A stretch of 62,744 bases of DNA, counting the filler, from Asterionella formosa (Eukaryota), in assembly GCA_002256025.1 (NCBI GenBank). It is 16 parts of 16 records of this genome, joined end to end, with 100 filler letters (N's around TTAATTAATTAA, not from the genome) between each part and the next. Parts side by side here need not be neighbours in the genome. Positions count along the whole stretch, not along the records: positions 47,166 to 50,986 come from NKIB01013890.1; positions 51,087 to 54,907 come from NKIB01013891.1; positions 55,008 to 58,827 come from NKIB01013892.1; positions 58,928 to 62,744 come from NKIB01013893.1; 12 more parts are not named here. One strand, given 5' to 3'. Of the stretch, positions 49,736-62,300 are shown in pieces; position 1 is the first letter of the stretch; the number at the start of each line of letters is the position of its first letter. Both the position numbers and the translations under genes were made by a program. Below the pieces are notes generated by a model. That model was not told where the DNA came from. It saw nothing but the letters and a program-made list of their open reading frames with translations, and did no database searches.

Positions 49736-51785
49736 CGTCTACTATACCGGTAGCATCTGATGATGTCTTAGCTAATAGTAGACCACGCAAAGGAGTGGTA
49801 CTTCTGGTTATATTGGCTTACATAGGAGTGGTTAGAACATATGAAAAAGGTCCTACAAGGTAAAAGTAGTAACAGTAACAGTAACAGTACTTAAGTTGGC
49901 GGCGAATAAATGCATGGTAAAGCTATGGTCGTGAAAGTTTGTAAGCAAGCTTAATATGATAGTAGTCTTCAGCTACCAGGTACCAGGGAACCTGGGACGA
50001 ACCAGGTAGTAAGTAACCTACCGGTATATACCGGTACGGTACTTTGGTGTAAAATTTGAGTTAGATTAGTGCGGAACTGTACACTATATTGACATAATGA
50101 GTTTTGTTCATCAACGTATTTGCAAACTACCACTGTTACAGAAAATTATTTATAGAATATACTGATGTCGTTCACACATATGATACCATACTGTTATTGG
50201 TAAAATTCAACCCAAGTTGTATTTTTCTGTAGACCCCTGGTATTGTCCTACTCGGGACATGATGGTACCTTGACATTATTGACGAAATTCTACCAAAGTA
50301 GTATTTTTCTGTAGGGCTCCGGTAGTGTTCTACTCTGGACAGGTCAATACTGTCCGGTACCCCTCCCTTGCTTGACCGTGGTGAAAATATGGTATAGAGA
50401 AAGGCAAAAATTCTACCCAGTAGTACTGGGGGTAGAATTTTTTTTCACATTTTGGTAGAATATTCTACCAACGGACCGATGGAACCCTGCAGTATGCCAT
50501 GGTATTGTCCAAGAAATTCTACCAGGGGTACCTGGTACCTCGTACTGGAGTACCGGTAGTGGTACCAGTACCAGTACTGTACCAGGGGTACCTGGTACCC
50601 TCCCCTGGTACCAGGCATGTGGAGCTGGTGAGTACTTTTGGGCACGACTCGTACCTGTACCTGTGTACCGGTACCTGGTGCACTGGCTATGTTATGTTAT
50701 GTTATGTTGAGGGATTATACTACTGGTAAAACATCATAAATTAAAATAAACTTAAACATCAGCATGGCAACAACCAATGTTGACCAGGAGAGTAAATGAA
50801 CTGACACATTCCCATGCTTACAAAAATGTATTTATTTCCATGATGTTGTACAGAGGATATGGCAAATAGCCAATGATAGTACTACAAGCTGTGAGTTTAG
50901 TGTAGAGGAGCCTGGGGAAAACAAGGATGATAACCAAACACTTGGCCAGTATTATTCCATGAACTATTACTGCAAAAAAGGCATTGNNNNNNNNNNNNNN
51001 NNNNNNNNNNNNNNNNNNNNNNNNNNNNNNTTAATTAATTAANNNNNNNNNNNNNNNNNNNNNNNNNNNNNNNNNNNNNNNNNNNNTTTTTTTTGGGCTG
51101 TTCCAAGGCGCCAGGAGAAAACCTATCCGGCCGCTTTGCCCGCCTGCCCCATCGATGTGGGGTGCTTGGGGGGCATCATGGGAGGATTCGAACTCCTCCC
51201 ACCAGTTCATGTGTTCAGGAATGTTTTTGAGGCACCCCGTCATCCAATCATGTCCCAGTGTCCGGTGAGGCACCCCGCCCCTCTCACCTGGGCGAGGTAG
51301 TGTGAGACTTTCACTCACTAAAAACCTGTGTGCAGCCCCAGTCTTGACCAGTACGCGGTCTGCCCTACCCGTCGGGGCGTTGGCCCGTGGGTAAGGTAGG
51401 ACTATTTGTACTATCTATGGTGGTAGATATGCATACGTAATCACTGAATTGACTTGGTATGCAAACATACGTATTTCTTTTTCTCAAATTCTCAGGATCG
51501 GAACATATCCAGCTGTTCTGATCCTCCTCTATATATAATAAACCCCTAATACTGTAGATCAAGACGACGGGGATACGACAGGTACCTGGTACTCACTCAT
51601 CACTTTCTCCGAGGAATCATGTCTGATTTGTTGCTGTTGCGAATACATTATATAAGGACTTGTTTCATTCCGGCTACCCCCAGATGGTGACAGTGTGCTA
51701 TTCATCTCCATATCCATGTCCATGTTGATGGATCCTTGTGTATGCAAAATGAACGAGTTTACAAAACAAGCCTCGCTCAGAATTT

Positions 51786-52081
51786 ATGTATCATAATCAG
51801 GGAAACATCCATAAAGAAGAGTGTAAACATAAATTTCAACAAACAGTTTAACAAAAACGTATCCTAATTGATAATAAAAACATAACAGTTCCGTAATTAG
51901 AATAATAAATACTAGTAACATGTTTACAAAACGAGCATTGCTCACCATGTATGTATCAAAATCAGGGAAACATCCATAAAGAAGAGTGTAAACGTAAATT
52001 TCAACAAACAGTTTAACAAAAACGTATCCTAATTGATAATCAAAACATAACAGTTCCGTAATTAGAATAATAAATACTAGT
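51786..52081. repeat. Direct duplication of about 130 bp (period 165) at the 3' end of the ARM gene
   Basis: ATGTATCA.AATCAGGGAAACATCC...AATAAATACTAGT at 51786 and 51951. Confidence 0.92.
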
Positions 52082-53006
52082 TGATCCTCCTAAATATTAC
52101 CATAATGACCATTTCCACTTTACCTTTTTCTTGAACACCAGCATTGGATGAGTAATTTCGCAAAGCAGACTCAATTACGGCTTTTCCACCAGCATCGGAT
52201 ATCGTCACCCTGTTGTTTTCATTCAAAGCCAAGTTCTGTAGTGCTCCACAACCATGCTCTTGTACATTAGCATTGGAGGAATGAGTCTTCATTGCAGACA
52301 GAATCGTAGTGATACCTCCTGCATCAGCGATTGTCACCTTGTTGTTGTCATTAATAGTCAAGTTAAAAAGTGCTCCACAACCATAGTATTGCACAGTAGC
52401 ATTAGAGGAATGAGTCTTCATTGCAGACAGAATTGTAGTGATACCTCCTGCTTCAGCAATCGTCACATTGTTCTTGTCATTATTATAAGCCAAGTTCAGA
52501 AGTGCTGCACAACCATACTCTTGCACAGTAGCATTGGAGGAATGAGTCTTCATTGTAGATAGAATCGTAATGATACCTCCTGCTTCAGCAATCGTCACCT
52601 TGTTGTTGTCATTCAAAGCCAAGTCCACAAGCTCCTTGATACCATCAACTTGAATGTCAGCATTCCGTTCATTCATTTGCATCTTTGAAAAGATTGCAAC
52701 AATCGGAGACGGAATTAAAGTGGTTGGAATTTGGGTTGGAGGCTGAGATTGTGTTGCTGGCGAAGGAGGCGGTTCTTGGGTATGCACTGGAGTCACTGGA
52801 TAAGTAGCCCCTTGGGTATTCAGACGATCGCATTTAGGGCAGCTGTTTCGCACAGTCTTCCAAACTCCAGACAGATTCATTTTGCGAAGCTGAATGTCTG
52901 GACAATGAGGACAGAGTCCTTTACTTGCGTGCTCTGCTCGTTCGCCATGCTCATTCAAAATTGCAGCTTCATGCTTATGGCGGTCGAATGAAGCACCAAG
53001 TTCCAT
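52077..53006 (-). CDS. Armadillo-repeat protein with N-terminal CxxC...CxxC motif and Pro/Thr linker
   Basis: Repeats of about 42 aa, NKVTIAEAGGITTILSAMKTHSSNATVQEYGCxALxNL, 3.5 copies; N-terminal CPHC...IQLRK...W...CPKC. Confidence 0.9.
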   Translation of the reverse strand: MELGASFDRHKHEAAILNEHGERAEHASKGLCPHCPDIQLRKMNLSGVWKTVRNSCPKCDRLNTQGATYPVTPVHTQEPPPSPATQSQPPTQIPTTLIPSPIVAIFSKMQMNERNADIQVDGIKELVDLALNDNNKVTIAEAGGIITILSTMKTHSSNATVQEYGCAALLNLAYNNDKNNVTIAEAGGITTILSAMKTHSSNATVQYYGCGALFNLTINDNNKVTIADAGGITTILSAMKTHSSNANVQEHGCGALQNLALNENNRVTISDAGGKAVIESALRNYSSNAGVQEKGKVEMVIMVIFRRIN

Positions 53007-53249
53007 GGTGGTTGATTTATCGGTATGAAAGGACGCTTTATTTTTCTTGGTGTGTTTAGATCGTGCTGCACAGCTGATTGTAATTCTTTTTCGTCTTGCC
53101 CAATAGGCTGGGCTGTAAACAGGTTGATGTACCGGTATGCGAATCTGATTATCTTGATGAAGAATTTATTCTGATTTTCCTCCTGATTTTGTTGCTCGAC
53201 GAACCATCGGATTTGCTAGTTGTTTTGGTGACAAGCGAACTACCACGGG

Positions 53250-53431
53250 TGAAGTATCTAACTAGAAGTAGAAGTATTTATTGAATATATGAAATTATTA
53301 ATTAATCCTTATGTACAACTCGTTTCCTAAGTCGACATCAAAGTATACAACTTATAGGTGTGTTAGTGGAGTCGAGTTCTCTCAGTATTGAGTTCTGATA
53401 TATTTGATGTATCAATGTGCAGGATCGCTCA
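53250..53431 (-). repeat. Solo-LTR-like repeat (TG...CA), copy 2
   Basis: Homologous to 47598-47794 with identical termini; contains AATAAA. Confidence 0.65.
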
Positions 53432-54547
53432 TCTGGTACCGGTATCTGGTACCGGTTGACTTGGACTTGGAGACTCCTCCGAATTTTACATGCTTTGATT
53501 TGCCTGATGATTTTTCTTTGTCCTGGTCGTGATTGAACTACATCATTCTTGAGTCCTTCGACTGCCTCTCGTGGAATTCTACAGTACATGCAAGCTCCAT
53601 ATTCGAACAGAACTGTAGGTGAGCGAGCTGTCAATGAAGAAACTATTATTTTTCCAGTAGGAGGCAGCAGGGAAACCTTCCTGCGAATTTGTAGGGAGTG
53701 CTATATGTTGAAGGGAACCTCGTCATTAACAAAGGTGAACTATTATATTATGGGTTTTGCTTTTTTGACCAACACAATGCATCATGATGTGTAATGACCT
53801 GTATTTGGTAGATGCAGTGGCGATGATGTAGCATTGTTAGGGTACATGCATGTACCTAATCTGGTGGCTCTACGTGAATGGTCTGTACTGGGCTAACTTG
53901 GTATGGTGTACACTGGTATTAACACGACTATAAACACTGAAAAGAAAACTAGGCTACTTGTTCTAGATATAAATGCCATAACGTTGTTGCGCCACTCCCG
54001 AAACTCAAACTTTGCTTGTCATTGATACTTTAATTTGATGATGCTTTCCTAGCTGTGCGGCAGTACCAGGTACCGCTGTAAGCTATGTACCTATGACCAC
54101 TTTATCTGTGTGTTGAATTTCAACTTTATGACCTTGAACTTCACTAGTTGATTTGAGGAAGAACAATTGATTGGTCAAGCCATTGAATTTTGTATGACTG
54201 AAACTAAGAACGAGGCCCTGCTATAGGGTTCGGGTTACATTGAACCTGTACATTGTCCTATACTTACTTATTGTTACATTTTCGTACCTATTGTACTTGA
54301 TTCCATATGTAGGACATAGAAGCACATTTTACTCCACAATTGGAACCAGGGAAGGTCCAGTAAAACACGTTTGTCATTGAAAAAAGGCTAAGCTAAATAT
54401 CTTGATTTCCGGACCTTACAGGTAATTTTGGTGCGTACCTACTCCACTGACCATGTTGGATCCGAAGACAAAATTATGGTCGACAAGTCATGGTCCCGCT
54501 AACAGGCACTCTAGTGTCAGAGTGCGCAAATGAAATGTATAATAGTT

Positions 54548-54907
54548 TCATGTGTTCTCTTTGTCCACCTTGATGGTTGCAAAGATTCTGCGAATAAACC
54601 ACAAGGAAGTCATGGCACCAACAGTACCTGTCACCAAAAACATGGCGAAGCAGAATAAGAACATGTATCCAAAGTAGAGAAGGTAAGTCATAACCATCTT
54701 TGATGCCTCGAGAGTGCAGAACCAGATGATGCTGTAGACAAATGTGTAAATGGCAGTACTTCCTGAGGTAAAGAAGGAGTACTGGTCCATCCACAAAGAG
54801 GTCATGATGAAGAAGAATTCGACATAAGCAGCAGCGAATGGAACTATTCCAGTGAGGGTCATTCCAATCATTGGGTTAAGCAGAGCCGATAGGCAAATAC
54901 ACACCAA
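54548..54907 (-). pseudogene. TM9SF/EMP70 (nonaspanin) C-terminal fragment with internal deletion
   Basis: GIVPFAAAYVEFFFIMTSLW, SFFTSGSTA, LYFGYM, TGTVG, RRIFATIKVD; the conserved segment between DQY and SFF is missing. Confidence 0.75.
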
Positions 54908-55779
54908 NNNNNNNNNNNNNNNNNNNNNNNNNNNNNNNNNNNNNNNNNNNNTTAATTAATTAANNNNNNNNNNNNNNNNNNNNNNNNNNNNNNNNNNNNN
55001 NNNNNNNCTTTGGAAGCTGCCGGAGTGCATATTTCCAGATCTCCTGCCAGGCTTGGAAAGACAATGTTGGAAGCGATGGGTCTCCCGGATCCTTCAGCTG
55101 CTGCAGTGTAATATTTATCGTCAAAACATGCATCCAAGCCATATGAAGATTTGATTGTCGTGTGTCATTTCTATTATCCCCGATTCTCCTTTTCGCAATG
55201 GTCTACATCATCCATGTACGGTACCTGGTAGTAGACTACATACAGCACATATATATATTTCCTAGTATTTTATGATAGGTGGTCATAGTAAAACACCAGC
55301 AAACGAACTAGGTGTATTGGTTGTCTACAGCAGTAGATGCCCATTTTGATTAGCTTTCAATGTAAGTACGAATGATGGTTAAACAAGTTTGAAAGTGACT
55401 ACTCGGAGTACCAGTTGAAGTGGTACCTTGTACCATGATCTATTATGATAGAGCATGCAACAAAGATTTATACTTGTGCACTGATTGATGAGCAGATCAA
55501 ACCTTGCTCCAATATCGAAGATAGACATTTTCGTCAAGATTACTAAGAAGCAAAATCAATTACGACTGCATGACTAAAAATGACTATGGTGGTATGTACA
55601 AGTTACCCGGTATTTTCATAAGATACTGTACCGCTGTGTACATAGCTAATAGCTATGACGTTGAAACAACAACCAGTGTTAGTGGCAAAAACGCAAAAAG
55701 ATGTATCTATTGTAGTATGCAACAACCAACCTGCCTACCTATGTATACACAAGGGGGTATTCTTTATTCTTTTTGAATG

Positions 55780-58265
55780 TTCATTGTCAGCCAAATTCTA
55801 GTTGTTATCGTCAACTTCTACTAATTGTCAGCAAGTTCTAGTTGTCTGTGGTCACCTCAGTAATCATAAACAAAAGAGTCATTTTGAAAATGTCAATGGA
55901 CTATTAATTGATATGGTTATATATAGAGAATCAAAAAAATTGGTTTGACCTACAGATTGCCATAGTGTAGAGTGAATTTCGACATTTGAATTGTGTGTTG
56001 GCTAAAGTAGCATGAAGAAATGCGCCATCGGTGACTTCAATTTGCGTTGTCAATATTAAATTTACTGCCCTGTGTGCGCTTCCCCTTGTTTGCTCTGATC
56101 TGGTGCCAGCTGTGCTGGTCTAGGAATGTGAAAGAGGAGAGAGAGGCACCCAAACAAATTCTCCTAGGAGCCATATCGCCGCTCTAGTATTGTGCTCTTC
56201 TTTCCATGTCAATCCATCTTGAGACAGAATCAATGGACAGAGGAGGTGCATCCCCTGAAAATCCCTGGGTCGTCCCTCTTGAAACCAACAATCCAATAGT
56301 TGCGAAAAAGAGGGCATATGTGATCCTGAAGGAGGCAGAATGAAAAAAGGTGAGTTCCAGAGATTAAATAGTGGTCCGATTGGAACACACAGTCTACGAA
56401 AGTATCCATCGACATATTCACAACGATGCAGCTGCTTGTGAGACGATATTGACTTCAGAGGTTGCTGGAACTGAGCAAAGAAACAAATTGATAGTTACAT
56501 TGACGTGGAGCAAGCTTCCTTATCCTAATGCAAAAGTTGCAGCTTCTCTTTGCATTGGAGGACCATGTAAGTATGTCCTTGTTGAGAATTGCGGACTCTT
56601 GGAGGATGAGAGGCTTCTGGAATATGTTGTTCCAAATTTTTCCGTACCGTATCCATGTGCTGTGCATATCTTTGACATTGGCCCGCTCACTTTTGTGGGC
56701 TTCTTTTGAATCAACCCTACAAGAGTACCTACCACCTGCACTGACGCGCCGAATTTGGTCAGCTTACGCATTAGTTTGCCATCTACCACAAGGCAAAAGT
56801 CCTGTCAAGAAACGGTTGGTTGTTGTCACTGGTTCAGAGGCGGATCTGTATATTGATGAAATCGATGCTGAAATTATGCAGACAGTTGGAGGACAGGAGG
56901 ATGGAAGTGGTGGTGTTGTGGTGTTGTGGTGCAAGTAGCTAGGACCCACAGGTGCATTGCAAGAGGGACAGAAATTTCGCCGAGTTAGTCAGCAGAGGAA
57001 CAAACTCCTTGGCCTGTACTACTACAATCAACAGAAGGAAACACAAAGAAGGGATGTGAAGCAGGTGCAGGCACAAGTTGAATTGATGTCCAAGGATATC
57101 CACGAGCTCAGCATGGCTTTTAACAGATTCTCAAGGATGCCAGGGCAAAGTTTTAGGGACTCTGGTGCTCCTCCAGTTGTGGTGGATCCATTGGCTGTGG
57201 CACCAGCACCAACTACAATATGAATTGGTGCAGATGTAAAGGGACAAAATCAACAACGAACAAGCTGGTGACAATTTGCTAGTTTACTTTGGCTCTTTTA
57301 TGGTTCCAGCCTTTGTCTCAGAAAGACTCCAAAGTCACTGTTTGTTCTATAGCATGAGTTTGAAGTCGAAATTTCAGGGAGAAAGGCAGCCAGGATATTT
57401 ACAAGGATTGAGAGGGGGGAGGAATGAATCTATTTATTATCAGCACAAGGTTGTATGTGATTCAGTTGCAGAGCAGATTAGACGTGGTTACAGCAGTGCT
57501 TAGACAGCGATTGACAGGATCTATTAGGTGTATGGTCAAGAACTTTCAGTGATCAAAATAATCAACAAAATGCTTATTGTTCGACGCGCTGGTGGAAATC
57601 CACAACTACATATTTAGTCAACTACTACATTTACTACTAGCCTGCATGTTATTACATTCTCATTGATTCCGTCTAATGTTAAAAAGCGGAGTACATTTGA
57701 TTTGATTTACCGATGTGTTAATATGTGATGTAGGAGTACTATATGATAGCCAACACACAATTAAACTATCACTGTATACATATTGCATTACACAACAAAT
57801 TACTGGCAAGGAGTGTAAAGGTAGTGATATGCATGCAAACATTGATCATCTCTACTAGCTTTGTACATGGTCCCAGTAAATTACTAGTGCACTAGCTTCC
57901 ACTACGGGTAGCATTCTCCATTCTCTGTCAAATAAAAAGGGTCATTCAGAAAATCTATTCATATCCACAAGTTCTAGTCGTTGTCAGCAAATTCTAGTCA
58001 TGATTCCTATTTGTATTCCGATGCTAGCTAGAAGACGGTTTGCTGACCAAGTTAGTTCATCAGTCAGCAAATCCGAGTTATTTTCAGAGACTGATTCTGC
58101 AAATTGTCATCGGTCAATAAGAGTAACATTTTCCTAAATTACTTTAAGGATTATTTTTTCCATCGAAAGCTGGCCAATCTCATCTGGTAGGCATGCGACG
58201 AATCATTGGGAGTGGGTCGAAACTGGAAATTGCGAATAAAATGTGCGCGACTGGACCTTCCTGGT
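55780..58265 (+). mobile_element. Crypton (tyrosine-recombinase DNA transposon), degenerate; coding remnant about 56150-57617
   Basis: GPIGTHSLRKYPST, DDIDFRGCW, LPYPNAKVAASLCIGGPCKY, LLWASF, then a GCR1_C-like tail TPKSLFVL*HEFE..GRKAARIFT...AIDRIY*VYG..SVIKII. GTCAGCAAATTCTAGT repeats on both flanks. Outer limits approximate. Confidence 0.8.
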
Positions 58266-58617
58266 GTATTAGTGCACACGGTGTATGATGCATACGTAGC
58301 AATTCGCACACATAGTGTAGTACGAGCTGCTCCGTACCAGGAAGGTCAGCCGATAAAACAATATTTTTACTTAGGAAAAAGCTCAGCTAAAACTCTCGAC
58401 TACCGGACCATCCAAGGTACCTTTTTTTCGTAGTCGTGCGTACATAAAAGAATGCTTACGAATGGAAATGAACAATACTAATTTACACCCTGACTCTGGT
58501 AAGAAACCCCTCGCGTATTTATTGCTTGGGGTCGTTTCGAAGAGGAAGACCAACAAGTCAAACTACATTTCGATTGCATTAGAAATAAGAAACGGAATAA
58601 ATCAAGCCATCCAAATA

Positions 58618-58827
58618 ATGGCCGAACCATTTCCCATTCAGTTGTTGTACCGTGGCGACGTTGTGACGATGGAAGTAACAGTAGAAACGACCGGAACTCA
58701 CCTCGTTGCTCTGGCAAGATCTAACTTAATCATCCAAGACGAAACATCGTTGAAACTTTTGTACAAGGGAAAGCAACTTGAGGGTCCTATCCCTGTCTTT
58801 TCTTTTCCGCCACACAAGACACCCAAG
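58618..58827 (+). CDS. Ubiquitin-like-domain protein, N-terminus (3'-truncated)
   Basis: IQLLYRG...LKLLYKGKQL ubiquitin-fold signature; possibly a UBL-WLM protease (not verifiable here). Confidence 0.6.
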
Positions 58828-59363
58828 NNNNNNNNNNNNNNNNNNNNNNNNNNNNNNNNNNNNNNNNNNNNTTAATTAATTAANNNNNNNNNNNNNNNNN
58901 NNNNNNNNNNNNNNNNNNNNNNNNNNNGCACAGGTACCCTGGTACCAGTACTTACGATGACATCATGGCTGGATCAAACTTGAAACCTAATATCGGCACT
59001 AGGCGACGGTATTCGTAAATCGATTTGCTTCCATCATTCTCCAGCATGCTATGTAGTACCGGTATGCATGTACCTACCAAACGCTATGTATTCTGCATCA
59101 TATGCATATGCGCATGCAAATACCGGTGTATAACAAGTATAGGAGTATTCATGTCTGTTTATACCACGAGGAATATACCGGTAGTAAACTAAAAATCAAT
59201 ATTCGTTCCAGTCATAAAATAAGATTGGTTCCACCACCGATTGAACGTTTTCATTGCTTCCAGTCATTGTGAGCCCTGGCCTGTATTCTGTACTGGACCA
59301 ATCAATCTCGTTGAGAAGGCAATGTGCACTGTCGACACCCCCATCACTTCAACTTCCACCATC

Positions 59364-62300
59364 ATGAGCCGACAGAATGGAGACAAGAAAAGCGCGAAGC
59401 TGAACGAAGCAGAAGCCCCAGGTATAAAGGAGCTCCTTCAGTCCATCAATCAGCCACAAATGCTAGAGGAGAACCTCAAGCACTTGTCCTCCAAGGCCAT
59501 TGGGGGCGTCGATGGCCTTGTGGCGCTGCTTTCGAGTAATGCTGACTATGGAATCGACCCGTCGTCGGTGCTCGCGCGCCGCGAACTCTTTGGCTGCAAC
59601 TCTCTGCCCTCGGCGCCGCGCAACACCTTTTGGCAGCTCTTCTGCGACACATTCGACGACGCAACCCTCAGGATTCTCATTGCAGCTGCTGCCGTTTCTC
59701 TCGCCATTGGAATTTACGATGATCCTGCGACTGGATACGTGGAAGGAATGGCCATTCTCACGGCTGTATTGATTGTCTCCTGTGTCACGGCCGTCAACGA
59801 CTACCAGAAGGAGTCGCAATTCAGAGAACTCAGTCAGGCAAACGATGACATCGTCGTACTGGTTATGCGTCATGGCAAGGCCAAGCAACTTAATGTGGGA
59901 GACATTGTGGTGGGTGACATTGTTTGTATTGAAGCTGGCGATCAAATCCCATGTGACGGAGTTTTGGTAGCGGAAGATGGACTGGAAGTCGACGAGTCGG
60001 CACTGACTGGAGAACCCATGGATATCAATAAGAATATGGCAGAAGATCCTTTCGTTTTATCGGGATGTCTTGCGACGGCGGGAAGTGGACAGTTTATTGC
60101 CACTGCAGTGGGAAAGGAGAGTCAGTGGGGTATCATCAAGTCGCATTTAGAAAAGGAGCAAGAGCAAACACCGCTTCAAGAAAAGTTGGACGACATGGCT
60201 GCCATGATTGGATATGTTGGTATGGCTGCAGCCGCCATGACGTTTATCGCCATGATGTGCATCAAGATTTTTGTCAAACCGGACTATTTGAAAGATGTTT
60301 CCGTTTTTCATCATGCCCTCGATGCCTTCATTATTTGTGTCACCATAGTCGTCGTTGCCGTACCCGAAGGACTTCCATTGGCAGTTACTATTGCTCTCGC
60401 ATTTTCAACCAAGAAAATGTTGGCTGACCAGAATCTCATTAGGCACTTGTCTGCATGTGAGACCATGGGAAATGCAACGAACATTTGTTCTGACAAGACT
60501 GGGACTCTCACGGAAAACAGAATGACGGTTGTTCGTGGATGGTTTGCAAATACCAAAGACGAAAACACGGCAGAACCGACCGAGAAAACAAAGCTTCCTG
60601 AAAAAGCACTTGCATTGATTCTCCAATGCATTGCTTGTTGCTCGACTGCTCGCGTTGTTCCTGCTGATGATGGCGAAAGTGTTGGCGCACTTGTTGATAA
60701 TCGTCCTCACGTCATTGGAAACAAGACAGAAGCTGCATTGCTGCTGTTGGCGCAGTCCAAGTGGGGAGGTGCTGATGATACGGACACCCGTCGGGCTGCT
60801 GCTCACTTTGGCAAGTCAGGAGGGTCGCGCTTATTTCCCTTTTCATCCGCTCGCAAGTGCATGTCTGTCTTGGTAGCAGCAGAAGAGTCTGACACGTCAA
60901 GTCGGATCAACACTCGCGGAGTCTCCAAGAAAACGACGAATTGGATCTTGTACCACAAGGGTGCTGCCGAACTGATTTTAGGAAATTGCACTCATTATTT
61001 GGATGAAAATGGAAAGGAGCAGAAGATGACGAAGGCGAAGAAACACGAGATGGAAGAGTTGATCAAGGAATATGCGTCGGATGCCTTGAGATGTGTTGCC
61101 TTATGCCATCGATCTCATATTGAAACCTTGTTGGATCCTCTGACAGCGACTGTTGAGGACTGTTCCGCCAAATTAGAAAATAACATGTGTTTGGATGCGC
61201 TCGTAGGCATTGCTGATCCCCTCCGCAAGGATGTTATTGAAGCTGTTGCTATCTGCCAGCGTGCTGGAATCTTTGTTCGCATGGTGACAGGGGATAACAT
61301 AGATACAGCCAAGGCCATTGCCAAGCAGGCCGGAATTTTAACGGAAGGTGGACTCTCCATGATTGGTGAAGATTTCCGTAAATTGACTCCTGCTCAGTTG
61401 GATGCCATCTTGCCGCGTCTCCAAGTATTGGCTCGATCGTCCCCGGAAGACAAGCACATTCTTGTGCAACGTCTAAATGGAGGCCTCATGCCACAAAATG
61501 AAAAGGAATGGTTGGAAGTGCATCCTTCAAAGTCATGGTTGAAGGATCGTGATTCCTTGTTGCCAGGCTATAAAGAAGAGTGGAGTAGGGCTCATCCTGT
61601 TGGTGAAGTTGTTGGTGTTACCGGTGATGGTACCAATGATGGACCAGCCTTGAAAGCAGCTGATGTTGGACTTTCAATGGGACTGAGTGGAACTGATGTG
61701 GCCAAGAAGGCTTCTGATATTATCATCATGGACGATAGATTCTCGTCGATTGTGAGGTGAGTTAGTTGGCGCGGCGAGTAGACTCTCATATCGTGTCTGT
61801 ATATTGCATGACATGTTCTCACCATTTGTTGCGATGCTGACTTCAACAGAGCCGTGCTTTGGGGACGTTCAGTCTTTGACAATATTAGGAAATTCCTCCA
61901 GTTTCAGTTGACAGTCAATGTTGTTGCGTTAACTATTACATTCCTTTCGGCCGTTGCCGGATACAAACCACCTCTCAATGCTGTGATGATGTTGTGGGTT
62001 AACTTGATCATGGATACCATGGGGGCTCTTGCTCTCGGAACCGAGCCACCCACAGCTGACCTTTTGGACAGACGTCCTTACAAGAGAAACGCCAGCCTTA
62101 TTAGCAGACCGATGTGGCGCAACATCCTTGTCCAGGCTACATACCAGTTAATCCTTCTTGTTGTCCTTTTGAACAAAGGACCACAGTGGTTTGATTGCGA
62201 GGACGGGTCAACGCATCATTTCACTATCCTCTTCAACGCGTTTGTCTTTTGCCAAGTGTTTAACGAGTTCAATGCTCGCGAGATTGGCGACGTCTTTGCA

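Noticed and set aside
51340..51405. HDV-like ribozyme
   Set aside because: A P1-like helix exists, but no P3/L3 or P1.1 could be built.
59324..61882. Overlapping alternative-frame and antisense ORFs within the ATPase and other genes
   Set aside because: Expected shadow ORFs with no independent motifs.
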